Shown one piece after another: positions 55,200 to 64,000 of a stretch of DNA of 64,000 nucleotides. The stretch comes from Gemmatimonadota bacterium (lineage in GTDB: Bacteria > Gemmatimonadota > Gemmatimonadetes > Longimicrobiales > Gaopeijiaceae). The position numbers and the translations under genes are program-made. The notes beneath the pieces are model-generated. The model ran no database searches, was not told the origin of the DNA, and saw nothing but the letters and a program-made list of their open reading frames with translations. Every line of letters starts with the position of its first letter. The first letter of the stretch is position 1. The stretch covers positions 1,856,001 through 1,920,000 of the forward strand of contig JAXHMG010000003.1 in assembly GCA_034521595.1 (NCBI GenBank), read 5' to 3'.

Positions 55200-55634
55200 T
55201 CAGCCGCCGAGCCGGGTCACCAAGCCCCGGAGCCCTAGAAGATAGCTCTCGACACCGAACCCATAAACCACACCGGTCGCTACCTCCGAAAGGTAGGAAT
55301 GGCGTCGGAAGGATTCGCGGGCGGCCGTGTTCGACAGGTGGACCTCGACGAACGGGCGGTCGACCCCGGTGAGCGCGTCCCGTAGGGCGACGGATGTGTG
55401 CGTGTACCCACCGGCGTTCACGAGGAAGCCCGAGACTCGGGGGGCGGCCTCTTCGATGAAGTCGAGGAGCGCCCCCTCGTGGTTGGACTGGAACGTCTCC
55501 ACCTCGACCCCCAGCTCCGCCCCGAGCGCCTCGATCGCATCGTCGACATCGGCGAGGGTTCGCGTCCCGTACACCTCGGGCTCCCGCTTGCCCAAGAGCC
55601 GGAGGTTCGGCCCGTGGACGACGGCGATCTTCAC
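55200..55634 (-). CDS. aroQ: Type II 3-dehydroquinate dehydratase
   Basis: HGPNL, REPEVYG, QSNHEG, THTS, EVHLSN, RESFR. Confidence 0.97.
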   Translation of the reverse strand: MKIAVVHGPNLRLLGKREPEVYGTRTLADVDDAIEALGAELGVEVETFQSNHEGALLDFIEEAAPRVSGFLVNAGGYTHTSVALRDALTGVDRPFVEVHLSNTAARESFRRHSYLSEVATGVVYGFGVESYLLGLRGLVTRLGG

Positions 55635-57070
55635 GACCGCCTCGTCGGCTGCCAGCTCAGGAGATCTTCGAAGTACCGCCCGATGATCGGCTGTTCGGTG
55701 TCGGGCTCCGAGTCGCGCGCGTCCTCGTCGGCGTCCGTCTCCTCGGTCCACGCGAAGGGCGTGTCCACCGCCTCGTCCGGGCTCTCGCGGCGCTCGACGA
55801 GATCCTTCGCCAGCGCTTCGAGCTCCTCGTCACGGCTCTCTGCCGCGGCACGGCTCGCTTCCTCGTCCTCCTCCTCCACGGCATCCGCGGCGGATTCGGA
55901 CGGAGTCGTCTCGGGCGCCGGTTGCACCGCGCCCCCGGCGGCCTGCTCTTCCAGCTCCGCCAAGCGGGCCGCCAACCCTCCGTCCTCCGGGTTCTCGGAG
56001 CGGAGCTGGCGGAAGACCTCCACCGCGCGGTCCAAGAAGCCCTGCTTCGCGTACAGCTCGCCGAGCGTGCGGGTGTAGATGCGGGGCGCTCCCTCCTCCG
56101 AAGCGTCACCGGACGGATTCGGCGGGGCGGGCGGGCCGTCCATGCCGTCCTCGGCCGGGGTCACGGAAGCGGCCGGGCTCGGGTGGGCCGCCTGCTCCGG
56201 AGGTTCGGCCCGCGCGGTCGTGGCGACCGACTCGCCGGCGTCCGAAGGCACCTCGTCGGGCGCGAGGTCGGCCACGCTCGGAACGGGCTCATCGGGCGCG
56301 AGAGCTCCGATGTCGGCCACTTCCTCCGCGGGCTCCTCCGGCGCGAAGGCCCCGATGTCGGCCACTTCCTCCGCGGGCTCCTCCGGCGCGAGGGCCCCGA
56401 TGTCGATCGGCGCCTCCTCCGCGGGCTCGTCCGGCGCGAGGGCTCCGATATCGACCAGCGTCTCCTCGGACGCCCGGTCCGGGTCTCCGGAATCGATTTC
56501 GACCGGAGCCAAATCCTCGAGGTCGAGCACGGGCTCGTCCGGAACGACATCGACGAGGTCCGCGGAGCCAGCCGGCTCCACCGCCTCCGCCGGCCCCGCC
56601 TCGGGTGCGAGATCGGCGATGTCCAAGGCCGCCTCGGCCGGAGCGAGGCCGACGCCCGCCACCGGGTCCGCCGGAGCCAAGCCTTCCTCCGCCAGGACCT
56701 CGGGCTCCAACGCGACGAGGGTCTCCCGGACCTCCCTCGCTTCCTCGTGGCGCTCCGCCCGTTCGAGCACCGCCACCAGCGAGGCCATCGCTCTCACGTT
56801 CTCGGGATCGAGCTCGAGCGCCTTCCGGGCGGCCATCTCCCCCTCCTCGAGGAGCCCCTGCTCCCCGTAGAGCTTCGCCGCGACCACGTGCCCGGACACG
56901 AAGTCCGGGAGTCGCGCCAACCCATCGGTGAGCAACCCGAACGCCTTCCGGGGTTCTCCGGCGCGCCGATACGCGTCGGCGAGAGGAGCGAATGCCCGTC
57001 CATCGGGATCGCGCTCGGATCCGAGGATGGCGTGGAGTGTCCGGATCTCTTCTTGAAGGGGCTCGAGCAC
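55631..57070 (-). CDS. TPR protein with long acidic Pro/Ala/Glu repeat linker
   Basis: N-terminal TPRs (FAPLADAYRRAG), C-terminal TRTLGELYAKQG TPR; start moved to GTG 57070 with GGAG SD. Confidence 0.85.
   Translation of the reverse strand: MLEPLQEEIRTLHAILGSERDPDGRAFAPLADAYRRAGEPRKAFGLLTDGLARLPDFVSGHVVAAKLYGEQGLLEEGEMAARKALELDPENVRAMASLVAVLERAERHEEAREVRETLVALEPEVLAEEGLAPADPVAGVGLAPAEAALDIADLAPEAGPAEAVEPAGSADLVDVVPDEPVLDLEDLAPVEIDSGDPDRASEETLVDIGALAPDEPAEEAPIDIGALAPEEPAEEVADIGAFAPEEPAEEVADIGALAPDEPVPSVADLAPDEVPSDAGESVATTARAEPPEQAAHPSPAASVTPAEDGMDGPPAPPNPSGDASEEGAPRIYTRTLGELYAKQGFLDRAVEVFRQLRSENPEDGGLAARLAELEEQAAGGAVQPAPETTPSESAADAVEEEDEEASRAAAESRDEELEALAKDLVERRESPDEAVDTPFAWTEETDADEDARDSEPDTEQPIIGRYFEDLLSWQPTRRS
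56290..56455. repeat. Intragenic tandem repeat, 45/45/48-bp units
   Basis: CCGAT unit starts at 56307, 56352, 56397 and 56445; encodes DIGA(L/F)AP(E/D)EPAEE(V/AP). Confidence 0.9.
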
Positions 57071-57106
57071 GAGAACTCCGGAAGATGGCAGGTGGCCGAA
57101 GGCCGC

Positions 57107-57136
57107 AAGATACGGAGTGCCGGGAAAAAGTGTCAA
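57107..57136 (-). promoter_or_regulatory. Sigma70 promoter for the TPR-aroQ-efp-accBC run
   Basis: TTGACA (57131-57136) N18 TATCTT (57107-57112). Confidence 0.65.
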
Positions 57137-57258
57137 CGCGGCGCTCGGGAGCCGCTCCTCCCCGGAAGGGAACAGGGAGCCCCCTCGGCTCGTATCGAAA
57201 GAGCACGTGTGGGTGAGCGAGCGGATCGAATGACGCGCCGCGAGCCGGATCCGTTCCG

Positions 57259-57287
57259 TTGAGACGGGCCCGGCGACCGGTTATTCT
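57259..57287 (+). promoter_or_regulatory. Sigma70 promoter for the PPIase gene (divergent)
   Basis: TTGAGA N17 TATTCT. Confidence 0.65.
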
Positions 57288-57357
57288 TTCCGGTCGATCA
57301 TTCACAGCCTTTCGCAGCATCTTTCCGCCCCGTCAGGGTCGTAGGAGACGCCGTCTT

Positions 57358-59196
57358 ATGATGCGTCAAATGAGGGAAGCGACGAAGCCGATCATGCTTT
57401 TCACGGCGCTCGCCTTCGCCGCGCTCATGGTATTCGAGTGGGGCATGGACGCCAGCGGCATGAGCTCCGGCTCGGTCGGAGAGATCGGGAGCGTGAACGG
57501 CGATCCCGTCATGTACGAGGAGTACATGGCGTCGTACCGGCGGATCTACGACCAGGTGCAGAATTCCCAAGAGGGTATGATCACCTCGCAGCAGAATCGG
57601 GACATCGAGGACGACGCGTTCGAGCAGGTCGTCACCCAGGTCCTGATCCAGCAGGAGCTCGCCGAGCGAGGCATCTCCGTGAGCGATCAGGAGATCAGCG
57701 AGGCCGCGCAGTTCAGCCCGCCCGAGTACCTGCGCCCTCAGTTCGTGAACGCAGAGGGACAGTTCGATCTCCAGGCCTACCAGTCGTTCCTCGCCTCCCT
57801 GCCGCCCGACCAGCTCCTCGTGCTCGAAGGGTATTACCGCGACGTCATCCCCAGAAGCAAGCTCCTCCGCCAGGTGACCTCCGGGATCTACGTGAGCGAC
57901 GCGGATCTGTGGGAGCGCTGGAAGGACCGGAACGAGCAGGTGTCGATCCGTTACGTCCCGCTCAATCCGGCGGAACGCTATCCCGACGAGGAATTCACGG
58001 TCCCGGAAGAGGACATCGAGGCGTACTACCGGGAGAACGAGGAAGACTTCGAGGTTCCCGCGCGGGCGACGGTCAAGGCGGCGGTGCTTCCCAACGTGCC
58101 CACGCCCGCCGACACCGCAGCGTCCCGGGAGCGAGCCCGTGAGCTGCGCCAGGAGATCCTCGGCGGCGAGGATTTCGCGGCGGTGGCCGAGCGCGCGTCG
58201 GCCGACGACGCCTCCGCCGACAACGGCGGCGACCTCGGCGTGTTCGGACGGGGCGAGATGACCCCCGTATTCGACTCCGTGGCCTTCTCCGCGCCCGTCG
58301 GCCAGGTGAGTGAGCCGGTGCAGACCTCCTTCGGCTTCCACCTGATCGAGGTCACGGAGCGGTGGGCGCAGGACAGCGTCCAGGCCCGGCACGTCCTCGT
58401 CCCGATCGAGCGCACGGACGAGAGCGAGATCGAGTTCCTCACGCTCGCGGATTCCCTCGAGGACATGAGTGAGGACCGTACACTCGAGGAAGCGGCGGAA
58501 GCGGTCGGGGCCACCGTCAGGACGGTCGAGATCAGCGAGGACTTTCCCTTCGTCCAGGGCGCGGGTCAGATCTCCGAGGGCGCCGACTGGGTGTTCGAGG
58601 ATGCCCTGGTAGGCGAGGTGAGCCCCCTGTTCGAGACCCAGCAGGCGTTCTACGCGCTCGAGTTGATCGACGCCCAGCCGGCGGGCGTGCAGCCGCTCGA
58701 GGAGGTGCGCTCCTCCATCGAGTCGACCCTGCGCCTCGAGCTCAAGCTGGAGCGAGCCCGGGCGGAGGCCGAAGAGATCCTCGCTCGGGTCCGGGAGGGT
58801 GAGGCGCTGGCCAACGCCGCTGCCGACGCCGGCCTCGACGTGAGGAACGCCGGTCCGTTCACGAGGCTCGATTTCGTGCCCGGCATCGGCCGACAGAACG
58901 CCGCCATCGGCGCGGCCTTCGGGACGCCGGAAGGCGAGGTGAGCAATGTCGTCACGACCGCGTCCAACGCCTACCTGATCGAGGTCCTGGAGCGGACTCC
59001 GGCCGACTCGACCGCCTGGCGGGAGCAAGTCGACCAGCAGCGGGCTCAGGTGACGTCCCAGCTCCAGCAGCAACGTCTCGACGCCTGGATCGAAGCCCTG
59101 AGGGAGGCGGCGGATGTCGTCGACCGTCGGGACGAAGTGCTACAGCAGCCGGGCGAGGAAGCACCGGTCCAGCCTCAGATGCCGTTGGGCTTCTAA
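57358..59196 (+). CDS. PpiD/SurA-type membrane-anchored parvulin chaperone
   Basis: N-terminal TM, SurA_N region, GGDLG, FGFHLI, ARHVL; AGGAG SD. Confidence 0.9.
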   Translation: MMRQMREATKPIMLFTALAFAALMVFEWGMDASGMSSGSVGEIGSVNGDPVMYEEYMASYRRIYDQVQNSQEGMITSQQNRDIEDDAFEQVVTQVLIQQELAERGISVSDQEISEAAQFSPPEYLRPQFVNAEGQFDLQAYQSFLASLPPDQLLVLEGYYRDVIPRSKLLRQVTSGIYVSDADLWERWKDRNEQVSIRYVPLNPAERYPDEEFTVPEEDIEAYYRENEEDFEVPARATVKAAVLPNVPTPADTAASRERARELRQEILGGEDFAAVAERASADDASADNGGDLGVFGRGEMTPVFDSVAFSAPVGQVSEPVQTSFGFHLIEVTERWAQDSVQARHVLVPIERTDESEIEFLTLADSLEDMSEDRTLEEAAEAVGATVRTVEISEDFPFVQGAGQISEGADWVFEDALVGEVSPLFETQQAFYALELIDAQPAGVQPLEEVRSSIESTLRLELKLERARAEAEEILARVREGEALANAAADAGLDVRNAGPFTRLDFVPGIGRQNAAIGAAFGTPEGEVSNVVTTASNAYLIEVLERTPADSTAWREQVDQQRAQVTSQLQQQRLDAWIEALREAADVVDRRDEVLQQPGEEAPVQPQMPLGF

Positions 59197-59246
59197 CGCG
59201 CCCGGACACCGGGCGGTCCGCGGGTCAGCGCGCGCGGCGCCAAGAA

Positions 59247-59296
59247 TGAAAAAGCGGGCCGCCGGGGGGTTCTCATCCCCGGCGGCCCGCTTTTCA
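59247..59296. terminator. Bidirectional intrinsic terminator between the PPIase gene and tatA
   Basis: AAAAGCGGGCCGCCGGGG/CCCCGGCGGCCCGCTTTT stem between convergent genes. Confidence 0.9.
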
Positions 59297-59387
59297 CTTG
59301 TTCGGCACGTTCGGCACGGAACGGGTTACGGCGCCGCTGCGTCCGTCCCGCCTTCGGCTCCCTTCACGACTCGGGAAACCCTCCGAT

Positions 59388-59738
59388 TCACGAAGACGAA
59401 GGCGTCGACTCGCTCTGTTCCCGTACCTCTTCCTTTTCTGCCTTGTCTTCCTTGTCGCTCAGACTCCGCGGACCTGCGTCCTCGTCGTCCTCGACCGGCG
59501 TCGCGGGAGCGGCTTCCTGCTGCTGCCCACTCTTCGCCTGCGAATCCGGGCGCCGAATCTGCTGTTGCTGATCGGGAACCTTGAGCTCCTCCTCGATATC
59601 GCTCACGGAGCTCTTGAACTCGCGAATCCCCTTACCCAGGGACGAGCCGATCTCAGGCAGCCGCTTGGCGCCGAAGAGGAGCAGAACGATCAGGAAGATG
59701 AAGATCATCTCCCCCATTCCAAATCCACCGAAACCCAT
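59388..59738 (-). CDS. tatA: Twin-arginine translocase TatA/E with acidic tail
   Basis: TM helix, FGAKRLPEIGSSLGKGIREFK. Confidence 0.95.
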   Translation of the reverse strand: MGFGGFGMGEMIFIFLIVLLLFGAKRLPEIGSSLGKGIREFKSSVSDIEEELKVPDQQQQIRRPDSQAKSGQQQEAAPATPVEDDEDAGPRSLSDKEDKAEKEEVREQSESTPSSS

Positions 59739-59809
59739 TTTTCAGCCCTCCATGGGGGCCGCGAGCCCCCTCGTTGGGAGCGTGGTCCGCCTCACGGCGT
59801 CCCCGCTCA

Positions 59810-60085
59810 TCAGATGATCGAGCGCGCGACCAATGCGACGATGGCGATCCCGACCAACGTCAAGAAGTTCAGCGTGAACACCAGAGGGCCCAGCTCGAAC
59901 GCCATCGCCACCAAGTCGACCGACAGCGGTCCCACCGAAGCATTGACCGACGTGAGAACGAAATCCCGCGCCACACTGTCCGGGAGGAGTTCGGCGAGCT
60001 TGGATAGCAGACCTCCGAGGAAGAACCCCAGAATCAAAGTCCATGTGATACGGACGACCGTGCGCCGTCGTGTGTCAACCAACAT
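59810..60085 (-). CDS. Small membrane protein, DUF4321-like
   Basis: Two hydrophobic segments around a beta-rich loop (GPLSVDL...LNFLTLVG). Confidence 0.65.
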   Translation of the reverse strand: MLVDTRRRTVVRITWTLILGFFLGGLLSKLAELLPDSVARDFVLTSVNASVGPLSVDLVAMAFELGPLVFTLNFLTLVGIAIVALVARSII

Positions 60086-60142
60086 ACCGCGATCCTGGTA
60101 GGCGAGTTCCTTGCGGAGGGGTCTCCCGTCGCTTCCTACACC

Positions 60143-61138
60143 TCATCGGCGCCGGTCGACTGCATACGAGACGGACAATGCGAGGGCTTCCACGGCGGGG
60201 CCCTGCGGCAGCTCTGCGAGCGCGGCCCGGGCCAGGTCCGCGTAGTGCATCGCGCGGTCCTGGGCGTACCGCAATCCACCGCGCTCCACCACGATTTCCA
60301 CGATGCGCGCGATCTCCTCGTCACTGGGGTCGACACGGGTGAAGAACCGACGGATCTCTCCCTCCTCGGATTCGGACGCCTCAGGCAGCGCCCCCACCAA
60401 GGGGAGCGTGACCTTTCGCTCCCGGAGATCGTGGCCGGTCGGCTTGCCCGTGACTTCTTCGGTTCCCGTGTAGTCGAGCAGGTCGTCGGCGATCTGAAAC
60501 GCCATCCCCAGGTTGTGTCCGTAGCGGGCAAGCGGCTCCCGGAACGCCGGAGCTCCGGACAGAGCCCCCATCTCGCAGGCGGCCGACATCAAGGAGGCGG
60601 TCTTCGCCGCGATCAACTTGTAGTAGTCGTCTTCCGAGAAGTCGAGGGCGTCGTAGGACGTGAGCTGGCGCATCTCCCCCACCGACATTTCGTTCGCCGC
60701 GTTGGCCAGAACCGCCAACGCATCCAGGTTGCCCACCCGGGCCAGCTCCGAAACTCCACGCGAGTAGAGGTAGTCCCCCATGATCACGGCGACCTGGTGG
60801 GTCCACAGCGCGTTGACGGTCGGCAAGCCACGCCGGAGCACCGAGTGGTCGACCGCGTCGTCGTGAACGAGCGTCGCCAAATGCACCAGCTCGACCACGG
60901 CGGCCAACGTCAGCGCGTCGTCGCCGGCCTCACCGTCGACCGAATCGGAGAGGAGCACGAGTGTCGGCCGGAACAGCTTCCCCTGCATGAAGAGGAGGTG
61001 CTCGTTGACGTCCTCGATCATGTCGAAGTCGGACAGCACGATCCGGCGGATCTCCTCGCCGACCCGGTCGAGCTGCTCCTGCACCGGCTCCTGAACGGAA
61101 GAAAGTCGCGGCATCACGGCGCGGCCGGAGGAGCTCAT
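60143..61138 (-). CDS. Long-chain trans-polyprenyl diphosphate synthase
   Basis: GKLFRP, ATLVHDDAVD, RRG, KTA, FQIADDLLD. Confidence 0.95.
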   Translation of the reverse strand: MSSSGRAVMPRLSSVQEPVQEQLDRVGEEIRRIVLSDFDMIEDVNEHLLFMQGKLFRPTLVLLSDSVDGEAGDDALTLAAVVELVHLATLVHDDAVDHSVLRRGLPTVNALWTHQVAVIMGDYLYSRGVSELARVGNLDALAVLANAANEMSVGEMRQLTSYDALDFSEDDYYKLIAAKTASLMSAACEMGALSGAPAFREPLARYGHNLGMAFQIADDLLDYTGTEEVTGKPTGHDLRERKVTLPLVGALPEASESEEGEIRRFFTRVDPSDEEIARIVEIVVERGGLRYAQDRAMHYADLARAALAELPQGPAVEALALSVSYAVDRRR

Positions 61139-61151
61139 GGGCGCCTTCGCA

Positions 61152-62936
61152 TCAACGCAGGGCACGGAGGCGCTCCGTGACGTCGGCGAAGTTGATGTCG
61201 AGCGCGAACACCCGGTCGTAGAACTCCACGGCCGAATCCGTCCGCCCGAGCTCTTCGTATGCTCGAGCGAGGTAGTAGTAGATGCCCAACAACTCGTCCT
61301 CGATCGTCGTGCGGGCGCCCAGGGCACGCTCGAGCGACTTCGCCGCAGCTTCGCTCTTACCCATTTCCAGGAAGGTTTGGCCCATCACCTCATAGGTGGG
61401 CAGGTGGCCGCCGGACGCACGCAGCGCGGCCTGGAACTCCGCGATGGCCTCGTCGAGCAGCCCCATCTCCTTGTACGCGGTCCCGAGGTCGTAGTGGGCC
61501 GACACGTCGCTCGCCTCGAGGTTCTCCGAGACCTTGTCCTTGAACTGCGACAACATCTTCTGGAAGTCGGCGGCCTCGTCACCCGAGGGTTCCTCGTACT
61601 GCACGCGAAACCTCGTGGTCTTCGGCTCTTCGCGCTCGTCGCCCAGGATCATCGATCCGAGGTCCACGTATTCGTGCGAAGCCGGAGGAGGCTCGGCGGA
61701 GTCGTTGGCGGCCGGCTCGGGCGAGGCGGGCTCGTCCTCTGCGGAATCCAGGTCGGCAGGCTCGGCCGGGCCGGGCTCGTCCTCGTCGGGGCCGGGCGGC
61801 TCCGACGAGGCCTCCGTCGGGTCGACGGCGGCCGGCTCGGGCGCATCCGCCTCGGAGGCGAGCTCATCGTCGTCACCGCCGCCGGACTCCATCAACGGCA
61901 GGTCGACGTCTCCTTCCTCCTCGCTGGACGCCTCCTCCCCGAGCTGCGCTTCCTCCTCCGCGTCCACTTCGAAGTCCGTGTCGGCAAACGACGTTTCGAG
62001 CTCGAAGTCGTCGGACTCGTCGGGATGCACGAGCGCTTCGTCCCAGCCGTCGTCTTCGGCACCGTCGACGTCGTCGTCCGGCCCCTCGACGTCCATGAGC
62101 GGCAACGAAGGGCCCTCGTCGTCACCCGCGAGCGCATCGTCGTCGACGAGCTCGTCGGCATCCCGGAGATCCGCGGCGCCCTCCGCGATCCCGTCCCCTT
62201 CGGCAATAGCGCCGTCGTCCGCGCCCACGGCCTCCTCGAATCCGCCCAATCCGGCGCCGAGCTCGAACCCACCGTCCTCCGTGGGGACTTCGTCACCCTC
62301 GGGCTGCTCTTCCAGGAGCGCGTCGAAGTCGATGTCCGGATCGAGCTCGAGGATCCTCCCTTCGAGACCGAAGGCCCGGTCGTCGCGGCCCTGCTCCTTC
62401 AGACGGCGGTACGCGATCGAGAGTTGGGCCAACCCTTCCTCGGGACGCTCGTTGGCGATCATCTGCTCGGCGACCGTGACCCGAACCTCCACCTCCTCCG
62501 GCACGAGATCACAGAATTCCACGAGGGCCCGGAACGACTCGTCCAGGTCACCCTCCTCCTGCATGGTCTCGGCGTAGGTGAGGAAGTACGTCCGCGCATC
62601 GGGAACGAAGCCCTGCTCCGCCCGGATCTGACCCATCACGAGATAGACCTGATGGCGGGCCGGCATATGCCGCACGATCTTCTTGCAGACCGCGATCGCG
62701 TTGTTCGACAGGGACGCTTCCCGGTAGAGCTCGATGGCCCGCTCGTAGTGTTCGAGGGCCCGCTCGTAGTTGCCGACTCGCACGTACAGATCGCCGACAC
62801 GGTTGTACAGGTTGATGTCGGGCTGGTCGTCCTCGGCCAGCTTCTCGATCGCTTTCCCGTACTGATCCAGCGCCTTCTGCCACTCGTCCCGCTGTTCGTG
62901 GCGTCGGGCCTGTGCTTTGAGCGACTCGATGCTCAT
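61152..62936 (-). CDS. TPR protein with extremely acidic central linker
   Basis: N-terminal TPRs (NRVGDLYVR, NNAIAVCKK), Asp/Glu-rich middle, C-terminal HYDLGTAYKEMGL TPRs. Confidence 0.88.
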   Translation of the reverse strand: MSIESLKAQARRHEQRDEWQKALDQYGKAIEKLAEDDQPDINLYNRVGDLYVRVGNYERALEHYERAIELYREASLSNNAIAVCKKIVRHMPARHQVYLVMGQIRAEQGFVPDARTYFLTYAETMQEEGDLDESFRALVEFCDLVPEEVEVRVTVAEQMIANERPEEGLAQLSIAYRRLKEQGRDDRAFGLEGRILELDPDIDFDALLEEQPEGDEVPTEDGGFELGAGLGGFEEAVGADDGAIAEGDGIAEGAADLRDADELVDDDALAGDDEGPSLPLMDVEGPDDDVDGAEDDGWDEALVHPDESDDFELETSFADTDFEVDAEEEAQLGEEASSEEEGDVDLPLMESGGGDDDELASEADAPEPAAVDPTEASSEPPGPDEDEPGPAEPADLDSAEDEPASPEPAANDSAEPPPASHEYVDLGSMILGDEREEPKTTRFRVQYEEPSGDEAADFQKMLSQFKDKVSENLEASDVSAHYDLGTAYKEMGLLDEAIAEFQAALRASGGHLPTYEVMGQTFLEMGKSEAAAKSLERALGARTTIEDELLGIYYYLARAYEELGRTDSAVEFYDRVFALDINFADVTERLRALR

Positions 62937-63877
62937 ACGATGCCGTCCGAGGTCTCCGTCCGTCCGCGCGCGCGCCGATCGACGTGCTCGGCCACGCGGC
63001 TGGATAGGACCCGGGCGGGTCCCAGGTCAGGAAGGTGTAATCTGTCTTCCAGGGGCGGAAGCACAAGGGTATCGGGCATCATCCCGATGATCTCCGTTTC
63101 CTCGATCGCGCCGCCCCGCGCCTCGATCCGGTCGCGAATGGCGATGAGGACGTCGACGGGCGACGTGCGGGCCGGATCCTCCAGATTCATGGAAACCTGC
63201 AGCCGTCCCGAATCCGGCATGCGCAGCCCCAGCGCACGCAATCCCGGAAAGCCGCCCCCTCGTTCCCGGATCTCCGCGGCGACCCGGCGAGCGTCGTCCA
63301 GCGTGACTCCGCTCACGTAGACGTTCCAGGCGAGCAGGACGGGCCGAGCGCCCACGCACGTGACGCCGGCCGTGGGGTGTGGATGCGTGGCCCCCGGGGG
63401 TAGATCCGGGCGACGGTCCTCGGGAAAGCCGTCCCGAAGCGCATCCAGCCCGCCCCTTCGCAGCTCGGCCAGACCCCGGCCCGGCGGCGTGGAGGCGCGC
63501 GCGTAGAAGTAGACCGGCACGTCCAACTCTTCGGCGATGCGCCCGCCCACCCGACGTGCCGAGCGGACGGCATCGTCCATCTCGAGATCGTGGAGCGGGA
63601 CCAAGGGGAGCACGTCGAGCGCCCCCACGCGGGGATGGATGCCCCCGTGGTCCCTCATATCGATCTCGTCCGCGGCGAAGCGCGCGACTCTGAAGGCCGC
63701 CTCTTCCACCGCCGGTGGATCGCCGATGAAGGTGAGCACCGATCGGTTGTGGTCCGCGTCGGACGACCAGTCGAGAACGTCGACCCCGACCTCCGTCACG
63801 AGGTCGACGAGGTGGCGAACCTTCGCCCGGTCACGCCCTTCGGAGATATTCGGCACGGCTTCGAGAACGGGAATCAT
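62933..63877 (-). CDS. ftcD: Glutamate formiminotransferase (no cyclodeaminase domain)
   Basis: EAVPNISEGR, DADHNRSV, HPRVGALDVLP, HPTAG, QVSMNL. Confidence 0.92.
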   Translation of the reverse strand: MIPVLEAVPNISEGRDRAKVRHLVDLVTEVGVDVLDWSSDADHNRSVLTFIGDPPAVEEAAFRVARFAADEIDMRDHGGIHPRVGALDVLPLVPLHDLEMDDAVRSARRVGGRIAEELDVPVYFYARASTPPGRGLAELRRGGLDALRDGFPEDRRPDLPPGATHPHPTAGVTCVGARPVLLAWNVYVSGVTLDDARRVAAEIRERGGGFPGLRALGLRMPDSGRLQVSMNLEDPARTSPVDVLIAIRDRIEARGGAIEETEIIGMMPDTLVLPPLEDRLHLPDLGPARVLSSRVAEHVDRRARGRTETSDGIV

Positions 63878-63936
63878 GGCGTCCAAGATAGCAGATCGCC
63901 GGAATCGTGAAGGCCCCGAGGTGCGCCGTGCCCGCC

Positions 63937-64000
63937 TCAGTGCGGCCCGGGCGCGAGCTCGGGGTTCCCCGGCTGGAGCTGGTAGGCCCAGTCGAAGATC
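63937..64000 (-). CDS. 3' end of a truncated CDS (...IFDWAYQLQPGNPELAPGPH*)
   Basis: Open frame from the window edge to TGA at 63937 with GC3-rich codons. Confidence 0.5.
   Translation of the reverse strand, partial: IFDWAYQLQPGNPELAPGPH

Noticed and set aside
56290..56455. Repeat array as CRISPR
   Set aside because: No unique spacers, unit lengths are multiples of 3 within a CDS, and no cas genes
57071..57136. N-terminal extensions in the ORF track (also rsbV-like, hrcA, dnaG, lolA, bioY)
   Set aside because: They run through promoters or neighbouring genes; here the TTG is the -35 box

Overview
High-GC bacterial core-genome segment. Gene order and protein features suggest Gemmatimonadota (inference, no search run). 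I call 63 complete CDSs (61 on the minus strand, many joined by 4-nt ATGA/GTGA overlaps), one partial CDS at the right edge and one elongator tRNA-Met(CAT) with its terminator. Content is almost all housekeeping: ftsB-eno-plsC-thiL-nnr; glyA plus an amino-acid/acyl-CoA catabolic run (Leu-type dehydrogenase, acyl-CoA dehydrogenase, hbd, thiolase, bioY); rex; rsmA; an RsbV/RsbW/RsbU-type partner-switching trio; pta-coaD-rsmD-recJ-dnaG-mutS2; prmA-dnaJ-hrcA-hemW-dprA-obg; ino1; prmC-prfA-rpmE; lnt-rimO-lolA-ftsK; accC-accB-efp-aroQ; a SurA/PpiD-type PPIase; tatA; a polyprenyl synthetase and formiminotransferase. I saw no mobile elements, CRISPR arrays, prophage or defence islands, and no clearly demonstrable new multi-gene system. 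Best leads: a perfect Rex operator over the predicted rex promoter, with rex coupled to a DEDDh exonuclease and an MBL hydrolase; the sigma-less partner-switching module; a Gfo/Idh/MocA protein lacking its usual catalytic residues in an envelope operon; two acidic TPR scaffold proteins; a hairpin covering the dnaJ leader; small proteins of unknown function; and a frame-scrambled patch in nnr that looks like sequencing error.
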